A stretch of DNA of 64,000 nucleotides from NCBI GenBank assembly GCA_963693055.1, contig OY843751.1:5984001-6048000 (forward strand), written 5' to 3'. A program made the position numbers and the translations under genes. This stretch comes from a bacterium (GTDB lineage: Bacteria > Zhuqueibacterota > Zhuqueibacteria > Residuimicrobiales > Krinioviventaceae). Positions 47,634-57,765 of the stretch are shown here, one piece after another; position 1 is the stretch's first letter, and every line of letters starts with the position of its first letter. Under the pieces are notes generated by a model, which worked only from the letters and a program-made list of their open reading frames with translations, did not search any database and was not told the origin of the DNA.

Positions 47634-50600
47634 TTACTGAATAGATTGCAAGAAGTTTTTAGCTGTTTTTAATTGGTCCTCTTTTGGAGAGGTTTTGATC
47701 TCAAAATAAAGATCTTTTGATGTTTGCTTTAATTCAAATTTATAGGCTGACTTTGCTACAATATTACCAAACCATTCTCTAAATTGTTCCCCAATTGGAA
47801 GAAAATCTGTTGCAAAAAGACCAAAAATTTTATCTGGTAATAATCTCAATTTACTAACAAGCGCGTGCTCTGCATATATTTTTATCAATATATAATCAAC
47901 CAATACCTTGGCTGGTTCAGGTAACGGACCAAAACGATCTTTGATCTCTTTTTCCAAATTTTGAACAGCTTTGGGTGTTTCGGCCTCCGCAAGTCTTCGA
48001 TAGATATCCACGCGCTCTGATGGATTCATAATATATTTGCCTGGTAAAAACGCATCCATTCGTAATTCTATTTGCGGTTCAAAGAGAGGTTCTCGCCTTT
48101 CTTTTTGTTCAATGTTCATTTCTTTTTTAAGTTCATAGATTGCTTCCTCTATGATCTTCATATAAACATCGTATCCTAAAGCTTCAACAAAACCACTCTG
48201 TTGAGCACCAAAAATATTTCCGGTTCCTCGGATTTCCAGGTCACGCATAGCAACATTATAACCGGAACCTAAATATGATAATTCCTGTATAGTTTGTAAT
48301 CTTTTAATGGCGGTCTGAGATAATTTTCTCAATGGTGGTACCAATAGATATGCGTAAGCTTGTAAATCTGACCTTCCCACCCGACCCCTTAGCTGGTACA
48401 ACTGTGCCAGACCCAGCTTATCTGCCCTGTTAATAATCAGGGTATTTGTATTGGGCATATCAATTCCGGATTCAATAATCATTGTACAAACCAGACATTG
48501 AACTTTACCGCTGGAAAAAGCCATCATAACTTTTTCCAATTCGTGCCCCTTCATTTGACCATGAGCTACCGCAATACTCACCTCGGGTACAATTTCACGT
48601 ACAAGATTAGAAATACCATATATAGATTGAACGCGGTTGTGAACAAAGAAAACCTGTCCTCCACGATCAATTTCCTTTAAAATAATCTCGCGAATATAAT
48701 CACGATCAAAACGAGCAACTTCTGTCTTTATCGGTATCCGGTTTTGAGGCGGTGTATTGATTAATGACATGTCTTTTGCACCCATCAAAGACATGTGCAT
48801 TGTTCTGGGAATTGGTGTCGCTGACATGGAAAGTGTATCTACTGACGCCTTTAACAATTTGAGCTTTTCTTTATGCATTACTCCAAATCGTTGTTCTTCA
48901 TCAATAATGAGTAATCCCAGGTTTTTAAACTTTATATCTTTAGATAAAATTCTGTGAGTACCCACAAGCAGATCCAGTTCACCTTTTGATGTTTTTTCGA
49001 TAATGGCTTTTTGCTGATTAGGAGTTCTAAATCTGGAGAGCATATCCACAGATACAGGAAACGGTCTTAATCTTTCACTGAATGTATTTAAATGCTGTTG
49101 AGCTAAAATAGTTGTCGGTACCAGTACCGCTACCTGTTTTCCATCATTAATGGCTTTAAAAGCCGCTCTTATTGCAACTTCTGTCTTTCCGAACCCTACA
49201 TCTCCACAAATTAACCGATCCATGGATTTTTCAGATTCCATATCATTTTTTATTTCTTCAATAGCATTTAACTGGTCCTGGGTTTCATCAAATTCAAAAG
49301 ATGCTTCCAGTTCTTTTTGCCATATTGTGTCTGGCTGGAAGGCGTGGCCTTTTTGCATCTTGCGGGACGCATATAGTTTAATTAATTGGGCGGCAACATC
49401 TTTAATATTCTGTTTTGTGCGTTTTTTCAGCTTTTCCCATGAAGAAGTACCCAGTTTATTCAATTGAGGTACTGCACCATCTTTACCCGAGTATTTCTGG
49501 ACTTTATGCATTTTTTCAAGAGGTACATATAGCGAATCTTTATCCTGGTACTCTAAAAGCAGACATTCACGATCTTTACCATATGCTTTTATCTTTTTTA
49601 ACCCTCTAAAGATACCGATTCCATAGTCTTCATGAACCACAAAATCACCATAATTCATTGCAGACAAGTCCCGTAATGACACTTTTCTCCTATCAATCCT
49701 ATCCTGTTTTGGGAGTTTATTTCTACTATACAGTTCCTTATTGGTATATAAATAGAGTCCTGTCTCCGACCAAAGCATACCTTCTGAAATATTTAAAACA
49801 ACTGATTTTAATTCCCGGGGCATATCTTCCTGTACAAGTAGATCAGAAATACGACTTGCCTGGCTTTCTGAATCACAACAATACAAATATAGCGGCGAAT
49901 CTACAGAACAGGTAGATATTTGCTGATCCAGTTCTTTTTTAAACAGGTCGAACTTGCCTGCAAAAAAAGGTGCTGTTTTGATCTGAAAAGCCACTTTATC
50001 AGAAAATGTTTGCTGAAGTAAAGCGAACTCTATATTCAGAAAATCATTTGCCTGTTTTAACAGAGTCTTGTATCCTAAATAAAAATCGTGATATTTTAAC
50101 GATGCTATCTTGTGTTCATGCGCGAATCCCTGCATTCGATAGTTCATATCTGATTCATAATTATCCAGATCATTACTCACCGTTGCATAATCAGCAAAGC
50201 ATATAAGGGCATTCTCAGGCAAATAGTCTAAAAAAGCTGCATCAAACAGTACATGGTCCTCAGGATGGTCGTCATATGGACCGTACATTCCGGCAGCATA
50301 TAAAGGAAAAATATCTATTTTATCAATTCTTTTTGTGGATTTTTGAGTATCAATATCAATTTTACGAATAGAATCAACTTCATCACCAAAAAACTCGATA
50401 CGATAAGGCATCTCGCTTTCAAACAGAAATACATCAATCAGCCCCCCTCTTACACTCATTTCACCGGGGCGATCAATTCTATCTTCCCGTACATATCCCA
50501 TTTTAACCAGCTTTTGGATCAATGTATCAAAATCCATATCTTCACCGGTTTTTAATAGTATCTGTTCGGGTATAACAATATCAGGGTGCGAAACCTTTTC

Positions 50601-50981
50601 CAACAAGGCACCGGGCTGAGCCACCAGAATTTTATTTTCTTTAGAAACCAAAGATTTCAATACACGTAATCGATGTCCGACCAGCGTACTTGGTGGACCC
50701 AACTCATTCCACATTTGTCGATTATATGAAGGAAAAAAGAGTGCCTGATTTTCACCTAATAAAGATTGCAGATCCTGTGTAAATAATTTTACAGCCTTTT
50801 CGTCTGGCATTAAAAACAATATAGGTCGTTGTGTTTTTGTAAATAAAGACGCCGTTATAAGCGCCTGAGCAATAAAAGGAGTCCCCGTAACAGCAAAATC
50901 CCGTTGTTCATTTATTTTATCCAATACATGAACAAAAGGTTTACTGGACGAGACAATCTCGAGCAATTGTTTCGCAGTCAC
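47634..50981 (-). CDS. mfd: Transcription-repair coupling factor Mfd
   Basis: RGGLIDVF, GDFVVHEDYGIG, GDVGFGKTE, DEEQRFG, QLRGRVGRS, TRCF domain. Confidence 0.97.
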   Translation of the reverse strand: MTAKQLLEIVSSSKPFVHVLDKINEQRDFAVTGTPFIAQALITASLFTKTQRPILFLMPDEKAVKLFTQDLQSLLGENQALFFPSYNRQMWNELGPPSTLVGHRLRVLKSLVSKENKILVAQPGALLEKVSHPDIVIPEQILLKTGEDMDFDTLIQKLVKMGYVREDRIDRPGEMSVRGGLIDVFLFESEMPYRIEFFGDEVDSIRKIDIDTQKSTKRIDKIDIFPLYAAGMYGPYDDHPEDHVLFDAAFLDYLPENALICFADYATVSNDLDNYESDMNYRMQGFAHEHKIASLKYHDFYLGYKTLLKQANDFLNIEFALLQQTFSDKVAFQIKTAPFFAGKFDLFKKELDQQISTCSVDSPLYLYCCDSESQASRISDLLVQEDMPRELKSVVLNISEGMLWSETGLYLYTNKELYSRNKLPKQDRIDRRKVSLRDLSAMNYGDFVVHEDYGIGIFRGLKKIKAYGKDRECLLLEYQDKDSLYVPLEKMHKVQKYSGKDGAVPQLNKLGTSSWEKLKKRTKQNIKDVAAQLIKLYASRKMQKGHAFQPDTIWQKELEASFEFDETQDQLNAIEEIKNDMESEKSMDRLICGDVGFGKTEVAIRAAFKAINDGKQVAVLVPTTILAQQHLNTFSERLRPFPVSVDMLSRFRTPNQQKAIIEKTSKGELDLLVGTHRILSKDIKFKNLGLLIIDEEQRFGVMHKEKLKLLKASVDTLSMSATPIPRTMHMSLMGAKDMSLINTPPQNRIPIKTEVARFDRDYIREIILKEIDRGGQVFFVHNRVQSIYGISNLVREIVPEVSIAVAHGQMKGHELEKVMMAFSSGKVQCLVCTMIIESGIDMPNTNTLIINRADKLGLAQLYQLRGRVGRSDLQAYAYLLVPPLRKLSQTAIKRLQTIQELSYLGSGYNVAMRDLEIRGTGNIFGAQQSGFVEALGYDVYMKIIEEAIYELKKEMNIEQKERREPLFEPQIELRMDAFLPGKYIMNPSERVDIYRRLAEAETPKAVQNLEKEIKDRFGPLPEPAKVLVDYILIKIYAEHALVSKLRLLPDKIFGLFATDFLPIGEQFREWFGNIVAKSAYKFELKQTSKDLYFEIKTSPKEDQLKTAKNFLQSIQ

Positions 50982-51002
50982 AATAATATCCGATAATTTC
51001 AG

Positions 51003-51641
51003 TTAATCTTTAATAATCTCTATAAAGTATCTCTGTTCGCTCGCATCTAGTCCAGGTACAAGCATTTTGTTAATATTTTTATATTGATTTATCTCTTTCA
51101 ACTCTTTATCTATATCTCCCCCCTTGTATGTAACAAGAGAACCGCCATTTTTCAAAAATGGCATACCCCATTCACACAAACGGGATAATGAAGCTACAGC
51201 TCTTGCCATAACAACATTCACGGGTCCTGAAACAGATTCCAGAGTTAAATCCTCAACTCTTTCAGGAAATACATTCGTTTTATCTAAGCCTAATGTATCA
51301 CAAACCTGTTGTAAAAATACCGCTTTTTTCTTTCTGGATTCAACAAGGTTCATATATATATCAGATATCATTATAGCAACCGGAATACCTGGAAAACCTC
51401 CTCCAGAACCAACATCCATTATTTTTTTTGCATTTTTCACACAATCCAGAGAAAGTATCTGTAATGACTCATAAATATGCCGGGAAACCAGTTTAACCAT
51501 ATCATTTTTGGATACCAGATTCGTATGGATATTATACTCTTCTAATAATAGAGTATATTGAGTAAACTGATTAAATTGTTCTTCTGTGAGGGTAAATTGA
51601 TCTTTTAAACGTATTAATGCATCATGATTTTCTATTAACAT
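51003..51641 (-). CDS. rsmG: 16S rRNA m7G527 methyltransferase
   Basis: NLVS..RHIYES, DVGSGGGFPGIP, VESRKKK, ARAVA, YKG. Confidence 0.95.
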   Translation of the reverse strand: MLIENHDALIRLKDQFTLTEEQFNQFTQYTLLLEEYNIHTNLVSKNDMVKLVSRHIYESLQILSLDCVKNAKKIMDVGSGGGFPGIPVAIMISDIYMNLVESRKKKAVFLQQVCDTLGLDKTNVFPERVEDLTLESVSGPVNVVMARAVASLSRLCEWGMPFLKNGGSLVTYKGGDIDKELKEINQYKNINKMLVPGLDASEQRYFIEIIKD

Positions 51642-51652
51642 ACCATCCTCAA

Positions 51653-51668
51653 TGTTCCACGTGGAACA
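51653..51668. other. parS centromere site 1
   Basis: Perfect palindrome TGTTCCACGTGGAACA (extended AATGTTCCACGTGGAACATT). Confidence 0.93.
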
Positions 51669-51699
51669 TTCATAATTAATTCATTATATATTATAGAAA

Positions 51700-51715
51700 T
51701 GTTCCACGTGGAACA
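51700..51715. other. parS centromere site 2
   Basis: Second identical TGTTCCACGTGGAACA starting 47 bp after the first. Confidence 0.93.
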
Positions 51716-51717
51716 TT

Positions 51718-53598
51718 CTATGCTTTTTTCCATTTACTTAGGTAAACCATGAGAATTGAAATATCAGATGGTGAAACACCCAATATTCTGGAAGCTTGTC
51801 CCAATGTTTTGGGTTGTATACGTGCTAATTTTTCTCTTCCTTCTGTAGAGATGGATAAAATTGAAATATAGTCAAGACCTTCAGGTATTTTCATTTCCTC
51901 AAGGTTTTTCATTTTTTCTATCTGATTTTTTTGTCTATCCAGAAAACCTTCATATTTTGTTTCTATCTCAACCTGTTCCTGGACTTTTAGCCAGAATTTA
52001 TCAGCTTTATTTGAAAAAACCGGGTGTGAATGAATATCGACAAAATCTATAATTGATATTTCGGGTCTCTTTAAAAGACGTTCAAAAGTCTCAACTTCTT
52101 TTATTAATGAAGATCCTTTTCTTCCTAAAACTTTATTTGCATCTTCAATAGATGGGCGTTGCTTAAGTAATGTCATAGATTCTATGATTTTTTCTTTTCT
52201 TTTCAATAGATCAGAATGTGTTTCAGAATCAATCATACCAAATTTAAATCCATATTCCATTAAGCGGATATCTGCATTATCCTGTCTTAATAAAAGTCTA
52301 TATTCAGCTCTTGAAGTAAACATCCGGTAGGGTTCTTCTAATTCTTTTGTTACCAGATCATCAACAAGAACTCCCATGTAAGCTTCTGATCTTTCCAGAA
52401 TAAAAGGTTCTTCATTTCTTATTTTTAGAACAGCGTTTATACCAGCTATCATACCCTGGGCTGCAGCTTCTTCATAACCTGATGTGCCATTAATTTGTCC
52501 GGCGAAAAACAGATTTTTAACAAGTTTAGTTTCCAATGTGGGTAATAGTTGAGTGGGTGGAAAATAATCATATTCAATAGCATACCCTAAACGTGTTATG
52601 ATTGCGTTTTCCATACCAGGAATTGATTGTACACCTTTTATTTGAACATCCTCAGGAAGACTGGTTGCAAAACCATTTAAATAATATTCTGTTGTATTCC
52701 TGCCTTCAGGTTCAAGAAATATCTGATGATTAGGTTTATCGCTAAAACGATGAATTTTATCTTCAATAGACGGACAATATCTGGGACCTATTCCCTGTAT
52801 CACTCCTGTAAATAAGGGTGATCTGTCAAGTCCGGAACGTAGAATATCATGTGTTTTTTGTGTGGTTCTGGTTAAATAACAAGGGATTTGCTGTGTCTCG
52901 ATTTTATCATGTTTATGAGAAAAAGGAACAGGTATTGGGTCACCATCTTGAATTTCCATCATATTAAAATCTACGGTACGTCCATCAATTCTGGGAGGGG
53001 TACCGGTTTTCAATCTACCAATAGTAAATCCTAAATCTCTGAATTGTTGACTTAGATGATTGGAAGCAAGTTCGCCAGAACGGCCACCAGGGTAATGCGT
53101 AAGACCAATATGGATTAATCCTTTTAAGAAAGTACCGGAACAGAGAATGACAGATTTTGAATATATTTTTGTTCCTATATCTGTTACAATACCTTTAATC
53201 TCATTTTTTTCAACTATTAATCCCTGAACATCATGCTGTCTGAGAAAGAGATTGGGTTCTTTTTCCAAAGCTGCTTTCATAAACATTGTATATTCAAGGC
53301 GGTCATTCTGAGATCTAAGTGACCAAACTGCCGGACCTTTTGATTTGTTCAGTACTTTGAACTGTATTCCTGAATCGTCAGAAATTACACCTATCTCCCC
53401 ACCCATTACATCAATTTCTCTTACAAGGTGTCCCTTTGCTAATCCGCCAATAGCAGGATTACAAGACATTTGGGCTACTGTAAACAAATTCATTGTAATG
53501 AGTAATGTTTTAGAACCCATTCTTGCAGCAGCTAAAGCAGCTTCGCAACCAGCATGACCTGCGCCTATTACTAAAACATCAAAATTATCAGTATTCAT
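51718..53598 (-). CDS. mnmG: tRNA modification enzyme MnmG (GidA)
   Basis: GAGHAGCEAA, MSCNPAIGG, RLKTGTPPR, GPRYCPSIEDK, GQINGTSGYEEAA. Confidence 0.98.
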   Translation of the reverse strand: MNTDNFDVLVIGAGHAGCEAALAAARMGSKTLLITMNLFTVAQMSCNPAIGGLAKGHLVREIDVMGGEIGVISDDSGIQFKVLNKSKGPAVWSLRSQNDRLEYTMFMKAALEKEPNLFLRQHDVQGLIVEKNEIKGIVTDIGTKIYSKSVILCSGTFLKGLIHIGLTHYPGGRSGELASNHLSQQFRDLGFTIGRLKTGTPPRIDGRTVDFNMMEIQDGDPIPVPFSHKHDKIETQQIPCYLTRTTQKTHDILRSGLDRSPLFTGVIQGIGPRYCPSIEDKIHRFSDKPNHQIFLEPEGRNTTEYYLNGFATSLPEDVQIKGVQSIPGMENAIITRLGYAIEYDYFPPTQLLPTLETKLVKNLFFAGQINGTSGYEEAAAQGMIAGINAVLKIRNEEPFILERSEAYMGVLVDDLVTKELEEPYRMFTSRAEYRLLLRQDNADIRLMEYGFKFGMIDSETHSDLLKRKEKIIESMTLLKQRPSIEDANKVLGRKGSSLIKEVETFERLLKRPEISIIDFVDIHSHPVFSNKADKFWLKVQEQVEIETKYEGFLDRQKNQIEKMKNLEEMKIPEGLDYISILSISTEGREKLARIQPKTLGQASRILGVSPSDISILMVYLSKWKKA

Positions 53599-53622
53599 CT
53601 TTTCTATTTCAATATATTAGAG

Positions 53623-54987
53623 TTATTTTCCAATACAAAATTTACCAAAGATATCATTTAAAATATCATCTGTTGTAACCGTTCCTGTGATTTCTCCTAT
53701 TTGATCAAGAGCAGCTCGAAGATCAAGTGCAATAAATTCAGGAGACAAATTTTGCTCCATTGATTGAATTGCATGATCTAGAAAAGATGCTGCTTTAACC
53801 AATGCATCTCTATGACGAACTTTGGTAATAATATTAGGTGTTTCAGGAATTTCATTTTTAGAAATAAAATTCAAGAGTTGTTTTTCTATTTCTTGTATAC
53901 CTATTCCCTGTTTAACAGAGGTAAAAATAATGGGATGAGGTTCAAATTTATTTATAATACTATTTTTATTATAATCTTGTAGAGTATCAATTTTATTAAT
54001 AACAATTATATGGTATTTATCTTTATCAAACTTAACATCTTGAGGCATTTCAAGTTTATCATTAATATCAATCAAGTGTAAAAGAATATCTGCTTGATCA
54101 ATTAACTTGTGGGTGCGTTTGACTCCCTCCTGTTCTACAACATCAGAAGATTGTCTTAAACCTGCAGTATCGGTTATTTTAAACAAGTAACCCTGAATAT
54201 TCAAAGACTCTTCAATTGAATCACGTGTAGTACCAGGAATATCGGATACAAGAGCTCGATCCTGATCTAATAACTTGTTTAATAAACTAGATTTACCAAC
54301 ATTTGGTTTTCCTGTTATTACTATATGAGCACCATCACGAATTATACGACCATAATTAAATGTTGAAATAAAGTTATTAATTATTGTAAATATATCTTTT
54401 AATTTTAAATATAATTCGTCTCTTTTGGCGAATTCTATATTTTCATCTGAAAAATCAAGCTCAAGTTCTAAAAGAGCTGTATTTTCTTTCAAAGTGTCTG
54501 CAATATAATTAAATTTTTCAGACAATTGACCAGTAAGTTCATTCATAGAAGATTCAAGTGCAGACTGGGTCTGTGCATGTATAACATCAATAATTGATTC
54601 AGCCTGAACAAGATCTATTTTTCCATTTAAAAAAGCTCGTGTAGAAAATTCACCTGGTTCTGCAAGTCTAGCTCCATGATCCAGTATTTTTTGTAATAAA
54701 GATTGAACAACCAAAGGTCCACCATGACAGCTAATTTCTACCAGATCTTCACCAGTAAAGGAATTAGGCCCCTTGAATAAAGTCACAACAACCTGATCTA
54801 GTATACTATTATTATCTTGAATTATCGAACCGAATGTAGCTCTTGCATGTGATAATTTATTATTATTTGAAACAAAGATTTTATCAACCAGATCTAAACT
54901 GTGATTACCATTTATTCTAACTATTGCTATTGCACCGGTTCCACGAGGGGTTGAAATTGCCGCTATGGTATCTTTATATGTTTTCAT
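53623..54987 (-). CDS. mnmE: tRNA modification GTPase MnmE (start re-called at MKTYKDTIAAIST)
   Basis: DTIAAISTP, SCHGG, GKPNVGKSS, GTTRD, DTAGLR, NKID, FCIGK. Confidence 0.97.
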   Translation of the reverse strand: MKTYKDTIAAISTPRGTGAIAIVRINGNHSLDLVDKIFVSNNNKLSHARATFGSIIQDNNSILDQVVVTLFKGPNSFTGEDLVEISCHGGPLVVQSLLQKILDHGARLAEPGEFSTRAFLNGKIDLVQAESIIDVIHAQTQSALESSMNELTGQLSEKFNYIADTLKENTALLELELDFSDENIEFAKRDELYLKLKDIFTIINNFISTFNYGRIIRDGAHIVITGKPNVGKSSLLNKLLDQDRALVSDIPGTTRDSIEESLNIQGYLFKITDTAGLRQSSDVVEQEGVKRTHKLIDQADILLHLIDINDKLEMPQDVKFDKDKYHIIVINKIDTLQDYNKNSIINKFEPHPIIFTSVKQGIGIQEIEKQLLNFISKNEIPETPNIITKVRHRDALVKAASFLDHAIQSMEQNLSPEFIALDLRAALDQIGEITGTVTTDDILNDIFGKFCIGK

Positions 54988-55003
54988 AGATGCTCTAAAA
55001 GTA

Positions 55004-55029
55004 AAGCCCTGCTTTTTAAGGCAGGGCTT
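55004..55029 (-). terminator. Terminator-like hairpin between yidC and mnmE
   Basis: AAGCCCTGC-loop-GCAGGGCTT followed by TACTTTT on the minus strand. Confidence 0.6.
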
Positions 55030-55034
55030 GGTAA

Positions 55035-56816
55035 TTAAATCTTTTTCTTTTTGGTTGTGGTTACAACAGCCTCTGCAGCCATCTTTCTGGGTACCAACCA
55101 CTTTTGTTGTATTATAGATAAAATATTAAACAATGCATAATATAAATTCAATCCCGAGGGGAATTGATTAAATAACAATGTCAGAAATATAGGCATGAAA
55201 TATACCATCATTTTTTGTTTAGGATCTGTGATAGTCATTTTTTGCTGAATTAACATTGTTGCACCCATAAATATTGGGAGAATATTAACAGAATCACCAT
55301 ACATGGGTATCATGAATGGCAAAGTAGCAATAGTATCAGGATTAGCAAGATCTTTAATCCACCAAATAAAGCCCTCTCCTCTTAATTCAATTGTGGTTCT
55401 AAAAACAATAAATAATCCCCATAATAGAGGCATTTGTAACAACATGGGTAAACAACCACCTAAAGGATTAACTTTTTCCTCTTTATAAAGATTCATGGTT
55501 GCTGCATTTAATTTTTGAGGATCGTTTTGATATTTTTCTTTCAACTCTGTAAGTTTGGGCTGTAATGCCTGCATTTTTTGCATTGACTCATAACTTTTAT
55601 GAGTTAAAGGATATACAATAATCTTGATAAGTATAGAGAATAGAATCAGTACAAATCCATAATTAGGAATAATAGTGTGAAGCTTTTTAAAACTCCATAA
55701 AATAGCAATACTAAAAGGTTGAATGATCTTGGCACCAAAATCCATAAATTTTTCTAAATGAATATTATAAGATTTTAAAATATCATTATCTAGAGGACCA
55801 AGATAAATTTTATAAGTATCTACAGTGTTTGTTTGGTTAAAGAACGGCATTACAAGAGAAACAGAAAACTTTTTCCATTTAGCTTTTGTTTTAGAATTTG
55901 GAACAGGTATTTCCTGACCGGAAATCAGTGCAGCTTCCCCTTTAACACTTTCAGGAATGATTGTAAAAGTGAAATATTTTGTTCTTACACCTAACCAATC
56001 AATTGCTGCAGATTCCTTATTCACTTTATCATTTGGTTTAAATTTTTTATTAACCTCACCGCCGGATGCATAACCAGCTTTAGCATATTGCATATCATCT
56101 TTTATACGTTCTTCCGTACTGGGCATACCATCCGGAGCTGTTAAAATATAAGCCTTACCGGCAATCATCTGGTCCATATTTACCATATGTACTTTGAGAT
56201 CCATATGATATGTATTATTATAAAATATATACTCTTTTATCAATTGTCTGGATTCACCAAAATCCAAAATAAATTTTACAGATTTTGATTCATTACCTGA
56301 TAAAGAAATAGATTTACTTCCTTCAATTCTGTAATTGATATGAGAAGTATTTAAGGTATCTCCTTCTTTGGTTGCAAAAAGAATTCCCAGGGTTTCATCT
56401 GCAAAATCAGGTAACAATTCAACATTTTCATCATTATGATTTTTAAAGGTCTTTAAAGACCAATGTGTTAAAACAGCACCTTTAGAAATTAACTGAGCAG
56501 AAAAATAGTCTGTTTCAACAGTTACTGTTTCTTCAGGGATGGTATCGTTTACAGAATAAATAGTAGGCAAAGGTTCTGTTTTTGCTTGTTCTAGATCAAT
56601 TTGAGTTTGTCTAATAATAATTTCAGTCGAATCCGGAGTAATAACAGTAGAATCAGGGACAATACCCATTTTTTGAGTTTGTCTTTGTTTCAACATTCTT
56701 TGTTTGGCTTCATACCCTTTTGGATTAAATGTTTTTTGATAAAAAGGAGTATTAACTAAAATCAGTACCATACCAATCAATAAAAATGCAAAAATTGTTT
56801 TTTTATCCATATTCAT
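55035..56816 (-). CDS. yidC: Membrane protein insertase YidC
   Basis: Periplasmic domain, NYG..LI, NPLGGCLPMLLQMP, WIKDL..PD, PSGLNLY. Confidence 0.96.
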   Translation of the reverse strand: MNMDKKTIFAFLLIGMVLILVNTPFYQKTFNPKGYEAKQRMLKQRQTQKMGIVPDSTVITPDSTEIIIRQTQIDLEQAKTEPLPTIYSVNDTIPEETVTVETDYFSAQLISKGAVLTHWSLKTFKNHNDENVELLPDFADETLGILFATKEGDTLNTSHINYRIEGSKSISLSGNESKSVKFILDFGESRQLIKEYIFYNNTYHMDLKVHMVNMDQMIAGKAYILTAPDGMPSTEERIKDDMQYAKAGYASGGEVNKKFKPNDKVNKESAAIDWLGVRTKYFTFTIIPESVKGEAALISGQEIPVPNSKTKAKWKKFSVSLVMPFFNQTNTVDTYKIYLGPLDNDILKSYNIHLEKFMDFGAKIIQPFSIAILWSFKKLHTIIPNYGFVLILFSILIKIIVYPLTHKSYESMQKMQALQPKLTELKEKYQNDPQKLNAATMNLYKEEKVNPLGGCLPMLLQMPLLWGLFIVFRTTIELRGEGFIWWIKDLANPDTIATLPFMIPMYGDSVNILPIFMGATMLIQQKMTITDPKQKMMVYFMPIFLTLLFNQFPSGLNLYYALFNILSIIQQKWLVPRKMAAEAVVTTTKKKKI

Positions 56817-56845
56817 GAAAAAACTCGTGTCTTTTATATTATATA

Positions 56846-57076
56846 TTATGCCGGATCGTGTCCGCCCGGATTAAATGGATTACACCTTAAAATTCTCCAA
56901 ATGGATTTAATTAATCCTTTGAAAAAGCCATACTTTTCAAATGCTTGAATTGAATACGTTGAACAGGATGGATAGAATCTACAAGTATTAGGAAAAAGAG
57001 GTGATATAGCAATTTTATAAAAACGAATTAATAAAACTGATAACTTTACTATAATTGTGTTGATTGTTTTTAACAT
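56846..57076 (-). CDS. yidD: Membrane protein insertion efficiency factor YidD
   Basis: [28 protein letters not shown]. Confidence 0.95.
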   Translation of the reverse strand: MLKTINTIIVKLSVLLIRFYKIAISPLFPNTCRFYPSCSTYSIQAFEKYGFFKGLIKSIWRILRCNPFNPGGHDPA

Positions 57077-57450
57077 GTTTTAATGTTGTTTTTTTCACAA
57101 TTCAAACTAGATGAATTTTGTTGGATTTTATTTAACAAGATTTTGAAATCATTTTCAAGAATATTATTTTCTATTCCAGAAACAGATAATTTAGTTACAA
57201 GTACCATATCAAAACTAAAATTAAATTCTTTATAGTTTAATCTCCACAATTCACGGGTAATACGTTTTAACCGATTTCTATGTGGTTTATTCTTGTATCC
57301 TCTTTGAGCAGCAAATCCAACATGTAAAGATTCAGATGGAACGAGATAAGCCATAAAAAATTGTGAAGAAAATTTGTCTCCCTTTTTAAACACTTTATTA
57401 AAGGATTTATTCTTTTTTAATATAATCTTTTTCGGGAGACTTTTCTTCAC
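57070..57450 (-). CDS. rnpA: Ribonuclease P protein component
   Basis: F..VFKKG and RNRLKR RNR motif; synteny rpmH-rnpA-yidD-yidC. Confidence 0.88.
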   Translation of the reverse strand: MKKSLPKKIILKKNKSFNKVFKKGDKFSSQFFMAYLVPSESLHVGFAAQRGYKNKPHRNRLKRITRELWRLNYKEFNFSFDMVLVTKLSVSGIENNILENDFKILLNKIQQNSSSLNCEKNNIKTC

Positions 57451-57464
57451 AAAATTTATTACGA

Positions 57465-57608
57465 CTATTCATCACTAACGGTTAAACGTTTTCTGCCTTT
57501 GGCTCTTCTTCTCTTCAATACCAGGCGTCCGTTTTTACTGCTCATTCTTTCCCGAAAACCATGTTTGTTAGCACGTTTTCTACGGCTCGGTTGATAAGTG
57601 CGTTTCAT
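57465..57608 (-). CDS. rpmH: 50S ribosomal protein L34 (47 aa; not in the ORF track)
   Basis: Manual translation [47 protein letters not shown]; GGAG SD. Confidence 0.97.
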   Translation of the reverse strand: MKRTYQPSRRKRANKHGFRERMSSKNGRLVLKRRRAKGRKRLTVSDE

Positions 57609-57707
57609 TAAGACTTCTCCAATTTAAGGTTCTAAATTAAAACTCATATAATTAATGATTTTTTGGGTAAAATGCAAGTCTTTTTATTGAAAATAAAATA
57701 ATCAAAA

Positions 57708-57743
57708 AAAAAACCGGCTTATTTTAAAATAAGCCGGTTTTTT
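57708..57743. terminator. Bidirectional-type intrinsic terminator (perfect 36-bp palindrome)
   Basis: AAAAAACCGGCTTATTTT|AAAATAAGCCGGTTTTTT downstream of the DHOD-like gene. Confidence 0.85.
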
Positions 57744-57765
57744 AAAAACATATATGAATTATGAA

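Noticed and set aside
54988-55101. N-terminal extension of MnmE given in the ORF track
   Set aside because: It overlaps yidC and a hairpin; the conserved MnmE N-terminus begins at the ATG at 54987.
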